This document shows positions 11,810 through 24,213 of a DNA stretch of 64,000 nucleotides, one piece after another (the stretch's first letter is position 1; each line of letters opens with the position of its first letter). A program made the position numbers and the translations under genes. The notes under the pieces are model-generated. The model searched no databases. It was given only the letters and a program-made list of their open reading frames with translations, and was not told where the DNA came from. Source of the DNA: Corallochytrium limacisporum Hawaii (taxonomy: Eukaryota > Protista > Pluriformea); assembly GCA_002811645.1 (NCBI GenBank), contig PDIP01000067.1, forward strand, positions 116,550 through 180,549, given 5' to 3'.

Positions 11810-12631
11810 ATGCATGCACTATATTCAGATATTTCACGGCATTCTCTAGCAATTGCACTTCGACAGGGAGCCTCAACAATTGATGAGCTCAAGAATGAGT
11901 CCAACAGGCGATGGGAGGTCGCAGTGCGCACCGGTGCGTCCGATCTAAATGTCTTGGAGGACCCCAGGATTGTTGTTCATCATAATAGAGATGATGTAAA
12001 TGATTTTATTGGAGGACTCCGACCGGGATCCTTAACGGAAGTCACCGGACTTCCTGGATGTGGAAAGCACGCTTTTATTGCGGGTTACATCCAATCTGCC
12101 TATCAATCTGGGTATGCAGTCATTATCTTTGATTGCGATGGTAGTGGCCATGAAGCAAATTTGTCTTCTGTACATAGTGGGAATTGGCAGAACAGTCTGA
12201 AATCAGTACGTCTGATCAGTGTTAGTGAGCAGACAGCAACTGTTGAAGCTTTAGAGGAGGTCATCAATCGAGCTCAGCATGAAATGAGCAAGTCGATTTC
12301 ACTTATAATATTCACGAACTACGATTTCCACTTACGAGGGGGATTCTACGAGGACTCCTCTGTTAGACACCGTGTCACAGTGGAAATGGGCCAGCAATTG
12401 AGGACTGTTGCCATGAAACTTTCTCTGTCGATTCTGATCACCTCGAATATGACAACCCAGACTCACGTGAAGGCAGACCAGTCTCATTATGTTGCAGCCC
12501 TTGGAAATGTATGGGGTCACTATGTCGATTCAAGGTATCAACTTGACCGGCAAGATGTCGATGAGTACAGATTGACTCGCATTAAGTCATCTACCAAACC
12601 GTCTTTCGAACAAATAACGTTCTCCATGTGA
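11810..12631 (+). CDS. RAD51 paralog, RAD51C-like and divergent
   Basis: GGLRPGSLTEVTGLPGCGKH (Walker A region), then SNMTT, ALGNVWGH and RIKS as in the RAD51C C-terminus. The 5' end is uncertain: the frame is open back to a TAG at ~11696. Confidence 0.75.
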   Translation: MHALYSDISRHSLAIALRQGASTIDELKNESNRRWEVAVRTGASDLNVLEDPRIVVHHNRDDVNDFIGGLRPGSLTEVTGLPGCGKHAFIAGYIQSAYQSGYAVIIFDCDGSGHEANLSSVHSGNWQNSLKSVRLISVSEQTATVEALEEVINRAQHEMSKSISLIIFTNYDFHLRGGFYEDSSVRHRVTVEMGQQLRTVAMKLSLSILITSNMTTQTHVKADQSHYVAALGNVWGHYVDSRYQLDRQDVDEYRLTRIKSSTKPSFEQITFSM

Positions 12632-12855
12632 CAATTGCATCCCATGGTACTCGACATCCATCGCAGAACTCAATGAGCGTACAGGGGGTTTCGTATGTAC
12701 GCGTAGCACCCTTGCCAACATTCTCAGCCAGCTACTCAGGTTTGGAAAAGAAAGCCAAGTTGCCCGCTTTTCCAGCGATATCCGTTCATAAAAGAATGGA
12801 AGTCATCAGGACACTAAAGAATTTACAATACAGGCATACCAAACACACTCTACTC

Positions 12856-13113
12856 CTAGAGATCCAAGAGAAACTCTGGGAGAACCTTTTCAAAGTGTTG
12901 AATTGTGACAATAACTTGTCCATCCCGCACTGCTTCACTCGCTGTCCGGCTAATAGCTTCACCCACAATCATTTTCATGTACTCTGTCAACAATGCTGAC
13001 GCATCCTTATTGATTCTTGTCTGAGTATTCTGGAACTGTTGCTTCACTAGTTGAGTTACAACATTCTCTTTCAGATTGACTTCCACATGAACTTCCGATC
13101 CTACCTCCGGCAT
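12856..13113 (-). CDS. CENPX: Centromere protein X / MHF2 (histone-fold)
   Basis: 85 aa with TRINKDASALLTEYMKMIVGEAISR and the C-terminal HFEKVLPEFLLDL typical of CENP-X/STRA13. Confidence 0.88.
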   Translation of the reverse strand: MPEVGSEVHVEVNLKENVVTQLVKQQFQNTQTRINKDASALLTEYMKMIVGEAISRTASEAVRDGQVIVTIQHFEKVLPEFLLDL

Positions 13114-13559
13114 TGTAAAATTCTAGATAGATAACTGCAGATCTTGCGCGCAAGATAGTGCGGACCAATAAATGCAGTACCCGATCCTGAGGTTGTGACG
13201 GTTCCTGTACCTGAAACACAGCCTAAACTTTTCGCGGGCAAAATCCCCTTCCTCCCCTCCATGCATAGTGCGTAGGCCTGAGTTCTCCGTCGCTCCCAGT
13301 TGCTAACCCTACCGCAGGGCACGCATTTCTACGGGTTCCTAAGCTTTTCCCGTTCCGGTTGTGGCTGTGGGCCAGGGTAAGGATGGGCAATGGATGTCTT
13401 TGTGTGGCACTGATGGCGTAACTTCGATATATCAGTGACCCTGTAGAGGCATAAACAAGGGGGTATTTCAGCCGGACCACACTAGTAGGAAAATCTCCAC
13501 GAAATCAAATCTGGCAGATAACTCCGCATCTAGCAAGAGGCCATGACAGCTGCAATAGG

Positions 13560-14207
13560 ATGTCCACTAAGTCGTCATACACTAGACAAGCGGTGCAAAC
13601 CACAGGTTCCGCAGGATTATGGACAGAGAAGCCATCCGGCCGTCTTGCTGCAAAGAAAGTTGTGAAACCGTTCGCATCTGTGACCAGCAATGTCACGTCC
13701 TTCTCTGCTACATATCGATCCGGATCCATTCCCTGTGTACTGGACCACGGCAGTGTGAAGCATCGAATCAAGTGGACTACTCCTCCACAGGAAGTCCCTG
13801 CTGAACTAGTTCCCATCTTTGCGGATGGGTTGAAGGAAGAGGCACATCCTTACTGTTTCATCGCCCCGAACGGATTCAAGGAATTGCTTGCGTCGCCTGG
13901 ATGGTCTGAGAAGGCACGTATGACACTCGACAGAACGATTGCCCCTTTGAAAACGTCTCTGATGACAAAAGACTTGGATCACTTTATTACCAACCTTTCC
14001 TGCCTTGAGGCACTCGCAAGTGCTACCCATGATGCGCTTATTCCGCACTTGAAGTCAATTGTGGCACCCGTCGCACCGAAGGCTTTGAATTCGAAGACCA
14101 GGGACCGGGTGTACGAGGCTTTGCAGCACATTGAGGGAGAGTGCGGACCAGACTCACTTGTGCACATCAAGGCGCGGATACCTACATACTCTACTATCAA
14201 CTTCTAA
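13560..14207 (+). CDS. PACRGL: PACRG-like protein
   Basis: YRSGSIPCVLDHGSVKHRIKW, GLKEEAHPYCFIA..GFKELL and C-terminal IKARIPTY match PACRGL rather than PACRG. Confidence 0.88.
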   Translation: MSTKSSYTRQAVQTTGSAGLWTEKPSGRLAAKKVVKPFASVTSNVTSFSATYRSGSIPCVLDHGSVKHRIKWTTPPQEVPAELVPIFADGLKEEAHPYCFIAPNGFKELLASPGWSEKARMTLDRTIAPLKTSLMTKDLDHFITNLSCLEALASATHDALIPHLKSIVAPVAPKALNSKTRDRVYEALQHIEGECGPDSLVHIKARIPTYSTINF

Positions 14208-14326
14208 GTAAACATGTCTCGGAAGAAACGTGGCCGTTCAACTCATGGATCATTGATGTCACTGGAACACACCATACAAAAACTCAAACCATAAGTGGAG
14301 CTTGACGGTCATTAGACTGCGATGCA

Positions 14327-15472
14327 TCATGTCTTTGTCTTCTTTAATTTAGTCACAAACAGTCCACTGACTTCCTTGTGGGTCAAAGGGTTGAAACGCA
14401 CGGTGCCCGGAATGCCGCCCGCGGCCATCGGCCCGCTCAGTTCCAAAGGAACTACGGTTACTTCAGCCCGTTTCTCTTGCAAAAATGCCTCGACCACTTC
14501 TTCATTCTGCGCTGTACTCAGACTGCATGTCGCGTACACGAGTTCTCCACCGGGCTTTAGGTTTTTCCACCCAGCTCTGAGGAGATCGGCTTGCAGAGAC
14601 TGGATCCATTGCTGTCCCTTTTCATCAAGGTGTCCCGGCAAGGTTCCACGGTTGATGTTCTTGAGAATATGCCGTAGGCTTCCATCATGAGTGCACTCTG
14701 CATCCACAAGTACCCGATCATAGCACCCTTGCGTAACCTCTGTATTGACTTCGATCGGACCCTGGTTTCGCACAGATGAATATATCAGACCTTTTCGACG
14801 ATTTCGCTGGCGAATTTGGCGCAGAGCCTTCTTCTTTAGGGGCAGGCGTTGGATTCCATTCACAGTCTCCCGCGGTGCTGGCCAATTAAATTTACGACCG
14901 TCCATGCATACAACTCTAACATTCTGCAGGCTGTACTTCTTTACCAGTGAAGCGCAAATATTGGCCCGCCTTTCGCTAATGTCGACCGCAGTGACCGATC
15001 CGGAAGATCCAATGAGCTCAGCGAGGAAGCACATTTTACCCCCCGGCGCTGCGCATATATCTAAGACGTCGTTACCGGCTTCAACACCGAGTGCGCGCAC
15101 ACAATACCCAGAGCTGACATCCAAGCCATACACTTTTCCTTCTTTGTAGAGAGAGTTGCTGGCAAGCGATATTTCAGTTGTGTCACTCGTTGGATGCAAT
15201 GAGTAGAAGCCACTGCACCAGTCAATAGCACGGATATCAACTCCTTCAAAAGCAGCTGCTATCACATCTCTGTTAATGTCATTCCTGAGGTCTTCTTTAA
15301 CACGAATGTATCTAATTTTTGTTTGGTTGTGGAGGGCAACCCAATAGGCTTCACTATCGATTGAGTTCGCCCTGCAGAAAGTAACTAGGCTTTCCTTGAG
15401 CTTCTCCGTTTCCGCCATGCCCAAAGTTCCATGATACTCGGGACCGATATTCACTATGGTCAGCACCGTCAT
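14327..15472 (-). CDS. RsmB/NOP2/NSUN-family RNA m5C methyltransferase
   Basis: VLDICAAPGGK, YDRVLVDAECTHDGS and GGELVYATCSL; both catalytic Cys are present. The start may be ATG 15418. Confidence 0.9.
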   Translation of the reverse strand: MTVLTIVNIGPEYHGTLGMAETEKLKESLVTFCRANSIDSEAYWVALHNQTKIRYIRVKEDLRNDINRDVIAAAFEGVDIRAIDWCSGFYSLHPTSDTTEISLASNSLYKEGKVYGLDVSSGYCVRALGVEAGNDVLDICAAPGGKMCFLAELIGSSGSVTAVDISERRANICASLVKKYSLQNVRVVCMDGRKFNWPAPRETVNGIQRLPLKKKALRQIRQRNRRKGLIYSSVRNQGPIEVNTEVTQGCYDRVLVDAECTHDGSLRHILKNINRGTLPGHLDEKGQQWIQSLQADLLRAGWKNLKPGGELVYATCSLSTAQNEEVVEAFLQEKRAEVTVVPLELSGPMAAGGIPGTVRFNPLTHKEVSGLFVTKLKKTKT

Positions 15473-18358
15473 GAAACCTTAGTGCGCGGTGGTGGGCTGA
15501 CGTGGCATGCCGCCGGTACCGTCTTTCAAATAGCTCTCGGGACTAATTGGCCCGCGGCAGTGCAGTTGGTTCAAGAAAGGGAGCCAGCGGGGCACCTGAT
15601 GCCGGCCAGACTTGCCCAATCCCTGCCAAAAATCTATGAAATTTGATTTGAATCTATTGATCAGAATTGCAAGATCCTTGGGAAGAGGGAGACTAGCGTA
15701 CGCAGCCCCGTCCAAACCTCAACGGGAGTCCAATTTACAGGCATTTGCAACGGCGTAGCCGTAAGGCAGGCCAAACTCTTTCAAATTCGATGCCACCCGC
15801 TTCTGTCGCTTGGTGCGGGCAGAAATATTTCCTGTACTCCAGTCATAGTGAGACACCGAAGTAGGACCTTAAGGATTTGGACAAGGATGGATTTGAGTCC
15901 TGCCCATACCAGCGTGAGTATCGAGGCTCTCCATCTTCCTCTATATAGGACTTTCTTTGCGAGCATGCCATGATGATGGCTACAGAAGCGTGATCCGTAG
16001 CACAACAGCAAGCCGGAGAACCTGATTGTTCGGAGTAGTTGCACAGGGACACTTGAGTACTGTACTATGCGTTTGTGTGGGGACGATGGAAATGCAAGCA
16101 GAACTACGCGAAAAGAAATTCTTCTGTTGCTCGCAGATAATGAGTGCAACTGCAACGGAAACGCTGCAGCGCACTCTCCGTTAGACACCAATTCGTGGGC
16201 AGGCACTGCCAATCTCTACAAAAGCGACGGCTTAGACCCCGACTTATGGATCGAAAGGGGAAAATCGTAAAGCAAAGTTATCTTACAACACGAAGGGGAG
16301 GCTACCCACGTTTTCGTCCGCTTGCACGCCGGGGCGGTTGTGAATCTATGGGCATCCTGGAACTAGCGGTAGACTTGCCAGTCTGAGTTGTCGCCAGCAT
16401 GCCCATACTCCCACCAGAGAGTGCGCCGCAAAGCTTTGATCGCTTTCCTGATAGTCTCGACAATTTCTATGGAACATATCAAACTGTCATAGTTGCGTGC
16501 CACGATTGAGCTAGGTCACGGCAAAAAACTTCTAACATGTATGCGGCATTGAGCAGTCTGCTATTCCATAGCAACGACTGGATATGTACAGCGTTGTCCC
16601 TGACCTCGCGAACTATACATGGACAGCAGGAGTCAGTCACATATAGTCTGACAGAGGGACTGTGAGATCCGGAGTAAACGATGAGTGGTGAATGGCCCGA
16701 AAATTTTGCGAGGGAAATATCGGCGGCAATGAGGGCAACGAATGGGGAACGAGGTGGCCATATTCCGCGCCTTTGGTGGCCTAAACAACCGAAATCACAA
16801 GGGAAGGTGAGAAACGGTTTCGAAGAGTCAATGACTGGGGCCTATATTTCGCAGGTAATCCCACAGTACTTCCATCCACGCATCCTATACCAACACTTTA
16901 TTGGCATGATCATGGAGGCCCCAAACAGACTTTGCCAGGTGTGTCGTTAGTGACCTAGAGTCAAATAGGAAAGGCCTTCATTTCATTTCTTCGCTGTCAC
17001 TAGTTTGGCCCACAGGCGCAAGTAAGTTCTTTTGTCTTTTCATCCCATCGCTATTCTGTCTGTTACCTAGCATGGTCTTAACATGCACAACAGGGAGAAA
17101 CAGGCAACAACCAAAATTTCCCTGTTCTTCCGAAGAACTCCGAAAACTAAAAATACCATGTCAATATGGTGATCATTCCTCATTTCTTTTGTGGGTTTGG
17201 GGATATTTCGGACCCCAGCCAGAGACACGCTGAGTGGTGCTGTCTTGTCTGTCAGAACTGCACCCGGCTGCATGAGAAAAAATTGCCAACCCAGACTCAG
17301 GGAAACACAACCCTCCATGACCCAATCCAATAAGGCCTCTCAGTCTATGTTGAATGTATGGACATGTTAAAGCCTCGCGGAATCGTTGCCTGTGGCCCAC
17401 GTAGTGCCCATGGCAAGAAATGCCTGTTCCCCTGTCAGAGTCGTACGTGACAGATTTTTGTTGTTTTCGTTTTTCTCCTCTATCTCCGTTTCAACCTCGC
17501 TCACTTCCCCACTCTCCAAGGAGCCCAGGTCACTTTGGGTGTGATCTTGCTTCAATCAATCAATACGTTCAGTACTGAAACAGGTCACTTTTGGCAACAA
17601 GCAGGAACCAAACCGTTTGAAAGCGGAGTACGGGTCAAAACGCAGAAGCTGAGGAAGAAGGAAGCGGAGCGCAGAGACAGAGTGGGTTATCTCGCGCTCC
17701 CTTTGACGGGGAATTTCCGACACAGGCCCTGGACGCATTGTTGAGACTATAGGGAAAGCTCTAGCTTTTCACTAATTATGTGGTACATTTATTATGAGAA
17801 CCAAAGAATGGTGAGTAGTAGGGTGAAGAGGGACTCCCGTAGCGTAACATATTCCTATAGGAAGAGGTCCCATTCTCTCTTCGACCTTTCGAATCTTTTG
17901 CCAGACACGAAGGGAAGAAGGAAGTCGTTCAGAATTTTTAAACCTTTCTCGCTCACTTTTCTCCTTGAGGCCTTCTGATATCCTTCAGTTCCGCAGAGGA
18001 CCTATAGATAGTCAATACATAATGTATTGGCAGGCGGCGGCCTTAGAGCAGGTAGGGGTGTGTGCCTGGAGTGTGTGCTGTGAGTGGTGAGGTTGCTGCT
18101 GGAGAATTGCCGTATTCCTTTGTGGTGGCGCAAGGGAGGCGCGCGGAAATGGGTCATTAAAAACTTTTCTTCACTATTAACTTTGTCAAGCATAGGATAA
18201 CTAAAAAGTTTTGCGTTACAGGAATCTGTGATCGGTGCTTACAAAGTTTGAGATCACTAGTCTAAGTAGCTATTTATGAAGATCACGCGAGTAGTCAGGT
18301 ATGCTTATGCATGTCAAGCACGACATTACGGAACAGTTTTGCCTCAAACATAATCACC

Positions 18359-18923
18359 ATGCCCCCTAAGGTTGCTAAGCCCGCTTCTGCCAAGAAGCCC
18401 AAGAAGGTAAGTTTTTTTTTCCTGATCTATCATAATTGTACTGTTTTGGACACTCGAACTAACTCTCATTCACTTCATTTTCCATTAAACTTAACAGGCC
18501 GCTTCTCACCCTCCCTATGCTGAGATGCTCGTGGAGGCCATCCAGACCCTGAAGACTGGTCGCACCGGCGTTTCTGCTGTCGCCATCAAGAAGTACGTCT
18601 TCGACAAGTACAAGCTGCCCGAGAGCCAGAACACTCAGTTCAAGTTGGCTCTGAAGAAGGGTGTTGCCAGCGGTGTCCTTAAACAAAACAAGGGCACTGG
18701 CGCCTCCGGCTCTTTCTCCATCGCTAAACTGCCCAAGAAGAAGGCCGCTCCCAAGAAGAAGAAGGCTGCCCCCAAGAAGAAGGCCAAGAAGACCAAGAAG
18801 GCACCTGCCAAGCCCAAGGCCAAGAAGGTGAAGAAGACTTCTGCCAAGAAGGCTGCCCCCAAGAAGAAGGCCGCCCCCAAGAAGAAGTCCGCTCCCAAGA
18901 AGAAGGCTGCTCCTAAGAAGTAA
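18359..18923 (+). CDS. Linker histone H1 (exons 18359-18406, 18498-18923)
   Basis: Phase-0 intron GTAAGT...AACTAAC...CAG. Globular domain HPPYAEML...GTGASGSF and a Lys/Ala/Pro-rich tail. Confidence 0.95.
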
Positions 18924-20075
18924 GTGAATTTAACATGAAAACATGTCAATTTCTTAATTCTTAACATCCATAAAAAAATTCTTCTTAAAACCAATTGGTG
19001 AAAACCAAGAACCACCATGTTAGTGACCATGCTTGTCGTTAGTTGCCTGCAGAAGAGTTCAGAGGCCCCCAACCGCGGCCCCGGCTCTATTGTTGTTTAT
19101 GTCTTCAGCATCATTGTTGGCTTCTTGTGGGAAGGCGTTGCTACATATTTCCAATTCAAATTCAAAACAGTACAGTGGCATGATGAAGACAGCTATTGGC
19201 GCCCTTTAAAGCACAGAGATACCATGAAAAATGACAAGATGGTGGAAATGCGTTTGTCATAATCTTCGATCTAGAACATTTACTACTGAGGTGTTCCAAT
19301 GTGCTTTAGACTTTGGCTTTTCTTCTCCTAAAATATTATTATTCTAACCTGAAAACGCTCCTGTAGCATTTTGAATTCCTTAGAAAGCATAAGAAATAAT
19401 TATATTTTACAAATCTTAAGATCTCGGCCGCCAACAGCAAAATGATCCTGGGGATCAACGATTCCCATAGTAAAACTACCGATCCCGGAATCCTGCATGA
19501 TCATGGCCATATTTTTTCTTATATGGTCAATCTAACTAAAGAAACGGTTGAACAAATATTTTTTTCAAAACATACTTAAGTTTCATACTTGTATCTACAG
19601 TTATGTGTCATGTACGGCCAGTCTTATGTCATCTATTTTAGACCTCGACGCCATTGTTCTAAGGTGATATTTCTCGATAGCATGCAACATAAGATCTTAA
19701 CATGATATTACCGCCAAACCCAGCAAATCAAATAAGTATATAGTATTGAATACTATGACGCCCTTGGATGTGTATATATACGATTACCCATATGTACATC
19801 ATGATGATAACGGTACAATAGTTGATCTAGACAGCCTCCAAAAGTGATCTATGTCACAATATCGCCTATAAACCGTAAAAAACTAATTACAGGTCACATC
19901 AAAGGGTATTATCTGAAAGATAGTAAAATTTCAATTTCAATGATGTCTATATCATGCTGGTATCATGCGAATAGGAGGCAATAGAGCCTCTTGAGTGCTA
20001 CAGACTCCTGACTCTGCTCCTCCCTCGTCCGCTCCATCCGGCTCACCTCCCCTGAACCCCTTCTCACCCCTTTCC

Positions 20076-20123
20076 NNNNNNNNNNNNNNNNNNNNNNNNN
20101 NNNNNNNNNNNNNNNNNNNNNNN
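20076..20123. other. Assembly gap
   Basis: Run of N. Confidence 1.
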
Positions 20124-20148
20124 TATATAACTATTTGATTCATGCCAT

Positions 20149-20227
20149 CCCCACTCACCCGCCGCAATCTCTCTCTTCCCCTCCCTCTCTCTCTCCCTCC
20201 CCTCACTCTCGGCCCCCCCCTCCCCCC
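20149..20227 (+). repeat. ~79-bp pyrimidine-rich direct repeat, copy 1
   Basis: CCCCACTCACCCGCCGCAATCTCTCTCTTCCCCTCCCTCTCTCTCTCCCTCCCCTCACTCTCGGCCCCCCCCTCCCCCC recurs at ~26553-26631. Confidence 0.85.
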
Positions 20228-21528
20228 CCCCCCCCGGGCCATCTGCGCCGCACCGGCCGTCCCTACTCGCCAATAATTCAGCTGGTGACAAACTGGTAAT
20301 CACCAAGGGTTGGGTTTCCATATAAAATGGCCTGCGTGCGCAATCGTCTTTTTCAAAAAGCCAATAAATCGTGTCCCCTTACCCCTCCCTCTCCCTCCCT
20401 CTCCGTGACGAAATTGACTCTCTCTAACCGACCTGTCCCGCCCTCCTTCGAATATTTTGCGGGTTCGACCCATTTCCATAGTAAAAGTACCAAATCAAGT
20501 GCGGGTCTCGCCGCAGGTTCTCCGGCACTCAAGGTCGCAACACTGCCAACCCGTCACCATATCTCGTAATTATTCAATACATTCACTACAAAGATATCAT
20601 CCCTAAGATTTTGCGTTGTGAAAACTTCCCGTCCCGGCAGTTTGCGGGGGAATATAGCCGGACCGGTAAGCGTGTCACTGCGCACGATGCGGTGGGGGTG
20701 GTCGACCAAATCAATAATTTTCCTTATGTATCTACAATATATGAAACTACTGAGCCACCGCGCTGGATATAAGCTCGAAGTAAATTGCGCGAAACGTTTA
20801 ACTGACCGGCACTACTCTTCAGCCACATCGATGGGACAGGGAGGGAAAGAGATCGCTGTGAGAATTTGTCAAATGAGAAACTAAGTACGAGTGCAAAACT
20901 GCGTGGGACTATGCCCCATACATTTACTATATAACTCATACTGTAAGTACCGTATAAGAGGTCACATAACCTTGTGTTCGGGTCCACATGTGGTCCTGTT
21001 TGTTTAACTTTCTAATATTTTTTTTCTTGTTTTGGTGGGCATTCGTTAACAGAGAATGATGCAGAACAACCCAAGCATATCTCAGATCTGGGACGGGTCT
21101 TTTTATAGTGAAAGTATGGCCCGTTGATTAAAAAGTTTGCAAAGGAAATTAAAAACTCGAGAATCGCTGAAGAAGGGTCCGGGGAATGAAGCAAAGTGAT
21201 CTAGTATATTTTGGTACTCAACAAAGCAAAAAGATCTGGTATATGATCTACTGATCTGAAAAGAGAACCATATTTTTGATTGAATTAGCCTGCAAAACAA
21301 TTCTAGTACATTGACTATAGTGATCTGCTAGATTGAAAATTGCAAAATTAATCATGATTGTGATTAACCGCTGGGGTCTGTTTTCCTGGCCGCAACCAGG
21401 TATACACTACCGAAGGGCAGGTTATCTACACTCACGAGGGCGTGCTTGAGCCTTTATGACATACCTTTTTTTTATTTGCAATCGCATTTCTATAGGCTGA
21501 CACTGCACTGCTGTCATTGTACACCCCT

Positions 21529-22335
21529 TTAGTCGGCGTTAAACTGGTACGAGTCACGGAACAGAGCCTTAATGTCCACCTTGAGGTCCTTGGCCAGGCC
21601 AGTTGCAGGGTCGTAACACCATCCGTGAACTCGTGGCACCTTGTCGGCAATCATTTCCTCCGTTAACTCACCCTGATCAGGGATGCCCTCCTGTCCGAAC
21701 CATGCTTTCTGGATAACACTACTGTTGATCACACGACGCATCTGATCCTGCACGTTCAATTCACTCAGGCGACGCTGACCCTCCTTGACGGGAAGGGCGT
21801 CAATCTCGGCGCGATTCTTATGGTAGAGTCGCTTGATCTGGTTCGTCCATTCGGAGACCAAAGAGATGTAGTCCTTGGTCAGAGCATGGTTCACACCTCC
21901 GCAGTTGTAATGGCCGCAGATGATGATGTCCTTGACCTTCAGATTCTCCACTGCATACTTGAAGGCAGCCATGAAGTTCAGATCTGTCTCTTTGCAGAGG
22001 TTGGCAACATTACGGTGCACAAAGATCTCGCCAGGCTTGCGGCCCGTCACATCTGTGGGAGGAATGCGGGAGTCAGCACAGCCAATCCAGAAGATGTTCG
22101 GGTATTGCACCTCAGCCAGACGCTGGAAGAACTGTGGATCATTATCTTTGTTCTTCTTGGCCCACTCCCGGTTGTACTTGAGCAAAGGGGACACGTCGTC
22201 GTCGTACATGGTCTTACGAGAGGCGTGAAAATTACGGCTAGCCGTGCCAAGGATCGAATTCTGACTGCTGCGCACAAGTACCTGTCGGAATGGGGTCCTG
22301 GATACAAAACTGGGAAGAATTGCGGTACGGATCAT
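21529..22335 (-). CDS. Beta-class carbonic anhydrase with a probable mitochondrial presequence
   Basis: Zn ligands in WIGCADSR and CGHYNCGG, plus PGEIFVHRNVAN. The N-terminal ~40 aa are Arg/Ser-rich with no acidic residues. Confidence 0.93.
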   Translation of the reverse strand: MIRTAILPSFVSRTPFRQVLVRSSQNSILGTASRNFHASRKTMYDDDVSPLLKYNREWAKKNKDNDPQFFQRLAEVQYPNIFWIGCADSRIPPTDVTGRKPGEIFVHRNVANLCKETDLNFMAAFKYAVENLKVKDIIICGHYNCGGVNHALTKDYISLVSEWTNQIKRLYHKNRAEIDALPVKEGQRRLSELNVQDQMRRVINSSVIQKAWFGQEGIPDQGELTEEMIADKVPRVHGWCYDPATGLAKDLKVDIKALFRDSYQFNAD

Positions 22336-24213
22336 TGGGCCTGCTTTCGCAATTGGGTGCTTGACTTTGTTACCACAGGCTAAGTTCTCAAATAGCCAAG
22401 GGGTCGTGCAGTCCTGATTGCAACTCTATCGAGAGTATTGGACTGTAAGTATTGAAATAGTGAATTCTCGAATGACGTGCTTGATGTGCGCAGTCATGCA
22501 GGAGTTTCTGGGGAAAGAACACGAATCGCCTCTTCCTTTCCGAGACAGCGGCACCCGAGCCCGCAGAGCCGCGCGAGCGATGGGAAAAAAAATAGGGGAG
22601 GAGGATGGGAATTGCAGGGGCTCAATAATCGTTTAGTCCTGCGCTGTCAGAGATGGTGTGAATGTAGAATGAGGAAGCGCACTGAGAGACTCCTGTCGGT
22701 GTGTGTGAGAAGGGAAGGTCTGGGGTGCTAAGCTTTGGGGCAGCTGTCCGTGTGAGGTGAGCGACTGCCAGGGTGGCGGGGAAGGGGGGGGGGGGGGTGA
22801 GCACTGATTGTCTTCCCACCGTTCTATTATTGGTCGGGATCACATTCTCCTGCGTACCGGCTGCCCCCATGTGTGTCTAATGTTCATCGTTTTATGGGGT
22901 CTTAGAATGTGTATGAGATGCCGGACATCCAAAGGATATTAAGATTGGGTATCAGTGCATTTGCGGTGGGATGTTTTTGGCATGGCTGAGTCTTTGAATC
23001 GTCCCATAGAACGGAACTAACATTCCGAAGCATTGTTTACGCTCCGAAGGTCCAGTGTGCCTACACACCAGACGTAACGAAATGAGAGAGGCCGACAGCC
23101 TGCTCGAGGAGCGATCGGATGTGCAGTTGGAGCACGGCTTCTTGTATTGAGGGTCAAGCTGTGACGATAACATAAGACTCTCTCGGGCAATGTCTCTGAT
23201 TCAGTCTATAGATGGCAGATCGCCATCAAACGGAGGACTTTTTCATGGTGTTCAGCCGTGCGACACTCTTTGGTAGTGACCTCTCTCCCTCGCTCGTACA
23301 CTGGAAATAGAAAGGCCCCTCCCGGGCTCACACAGGAAAGTTGAGATTCTGACGAGTGGGGCGCGCCCCCTTCCCTCTTCACCCGGGGGCAGACCACTAA
23401 ACAAAACTAACGTAATATTACGGCTTGCAAGGCCGTGCAAAGGAATCTAATTCATGTAATTCTGTCTATTTAGGGTAACAGTTTTACTATCTGTGCCCCG
23501 CACGTTCCTACGGTTCTGGTTTGGGTTCGCGGTCCGCCACTACATTCACTATGGACAGTTACAGCCACCCCGCCGATTTCCGCGGTAGTGACATACGCAC
23601 GACGCACACATGCACGCGCTGGACCGTAAGAAAACCCAGGACTTGTAAGAATTGCACTTTCGTGAGCAAGCTATTACCAACATTCCCATAATTCGACGTA
23701 TATATTTCATATTTGCCCGGTGGTGTTCAAACTAATGACCTATCTTTCCTGAAAAGTGTGCCGCCCATCCCCTGCAGGGTGCCCTACGTTTTGGAGCACA
23801 TTTGCGAGTCACGCGGGTTTCCTCGCATCGAGTACTGTACCAGTGCCTGTCACATATCTTACCCACAGGGCGCAGCAGTCAGCCAATTGGTGAATGATGA
23901 AAAAATTATTGGTCTTTGAACTGCACTCCCTCAGCACGCGAATCGGTGGAACATTGGGAACGGGGGGTACGCGATTTTTCTTTTCGCAGTTCCCACCGCT
24001 GGGCGCCACGAAAACCTGTAGGGTGCGGGCGGAATGACCCGGCGAATGAGAGACGGGGTGACAAAGGCACGTACCCGGCACGTGTGTGCACGCACAGGGC
24101 AAGGAGTACGGGCTATTCAAGTATTCAGTATCCTGTATCAGGACATGACTAATTTAACCATGTCTATCAGTTCTCTATCTAAACATAATTGGATCTGCGA
24201 AAAACATACAACA

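Noticed and set aside
13295-13303. CTAACCCTA resembling a telomerase RNA template for TTAGGG
   Set aside because: A 9-mer in a short divergent promoter is compatible with chance, and I see no supporting structure.
18996-19009. Hairpin TTGGT-GAAA-ACCAA after histone H1 as a histone 3' stem-loop
   Set aside because: It does not match the 6-bp stem with T-rich loop consensus, and the gene has an intron.
19017-19262. 81-aa ORF with a hydrophobic segment downstream of H1
   Set aside because: No recognisable motif or codon bias; it probably overlaps the H1 3' region.
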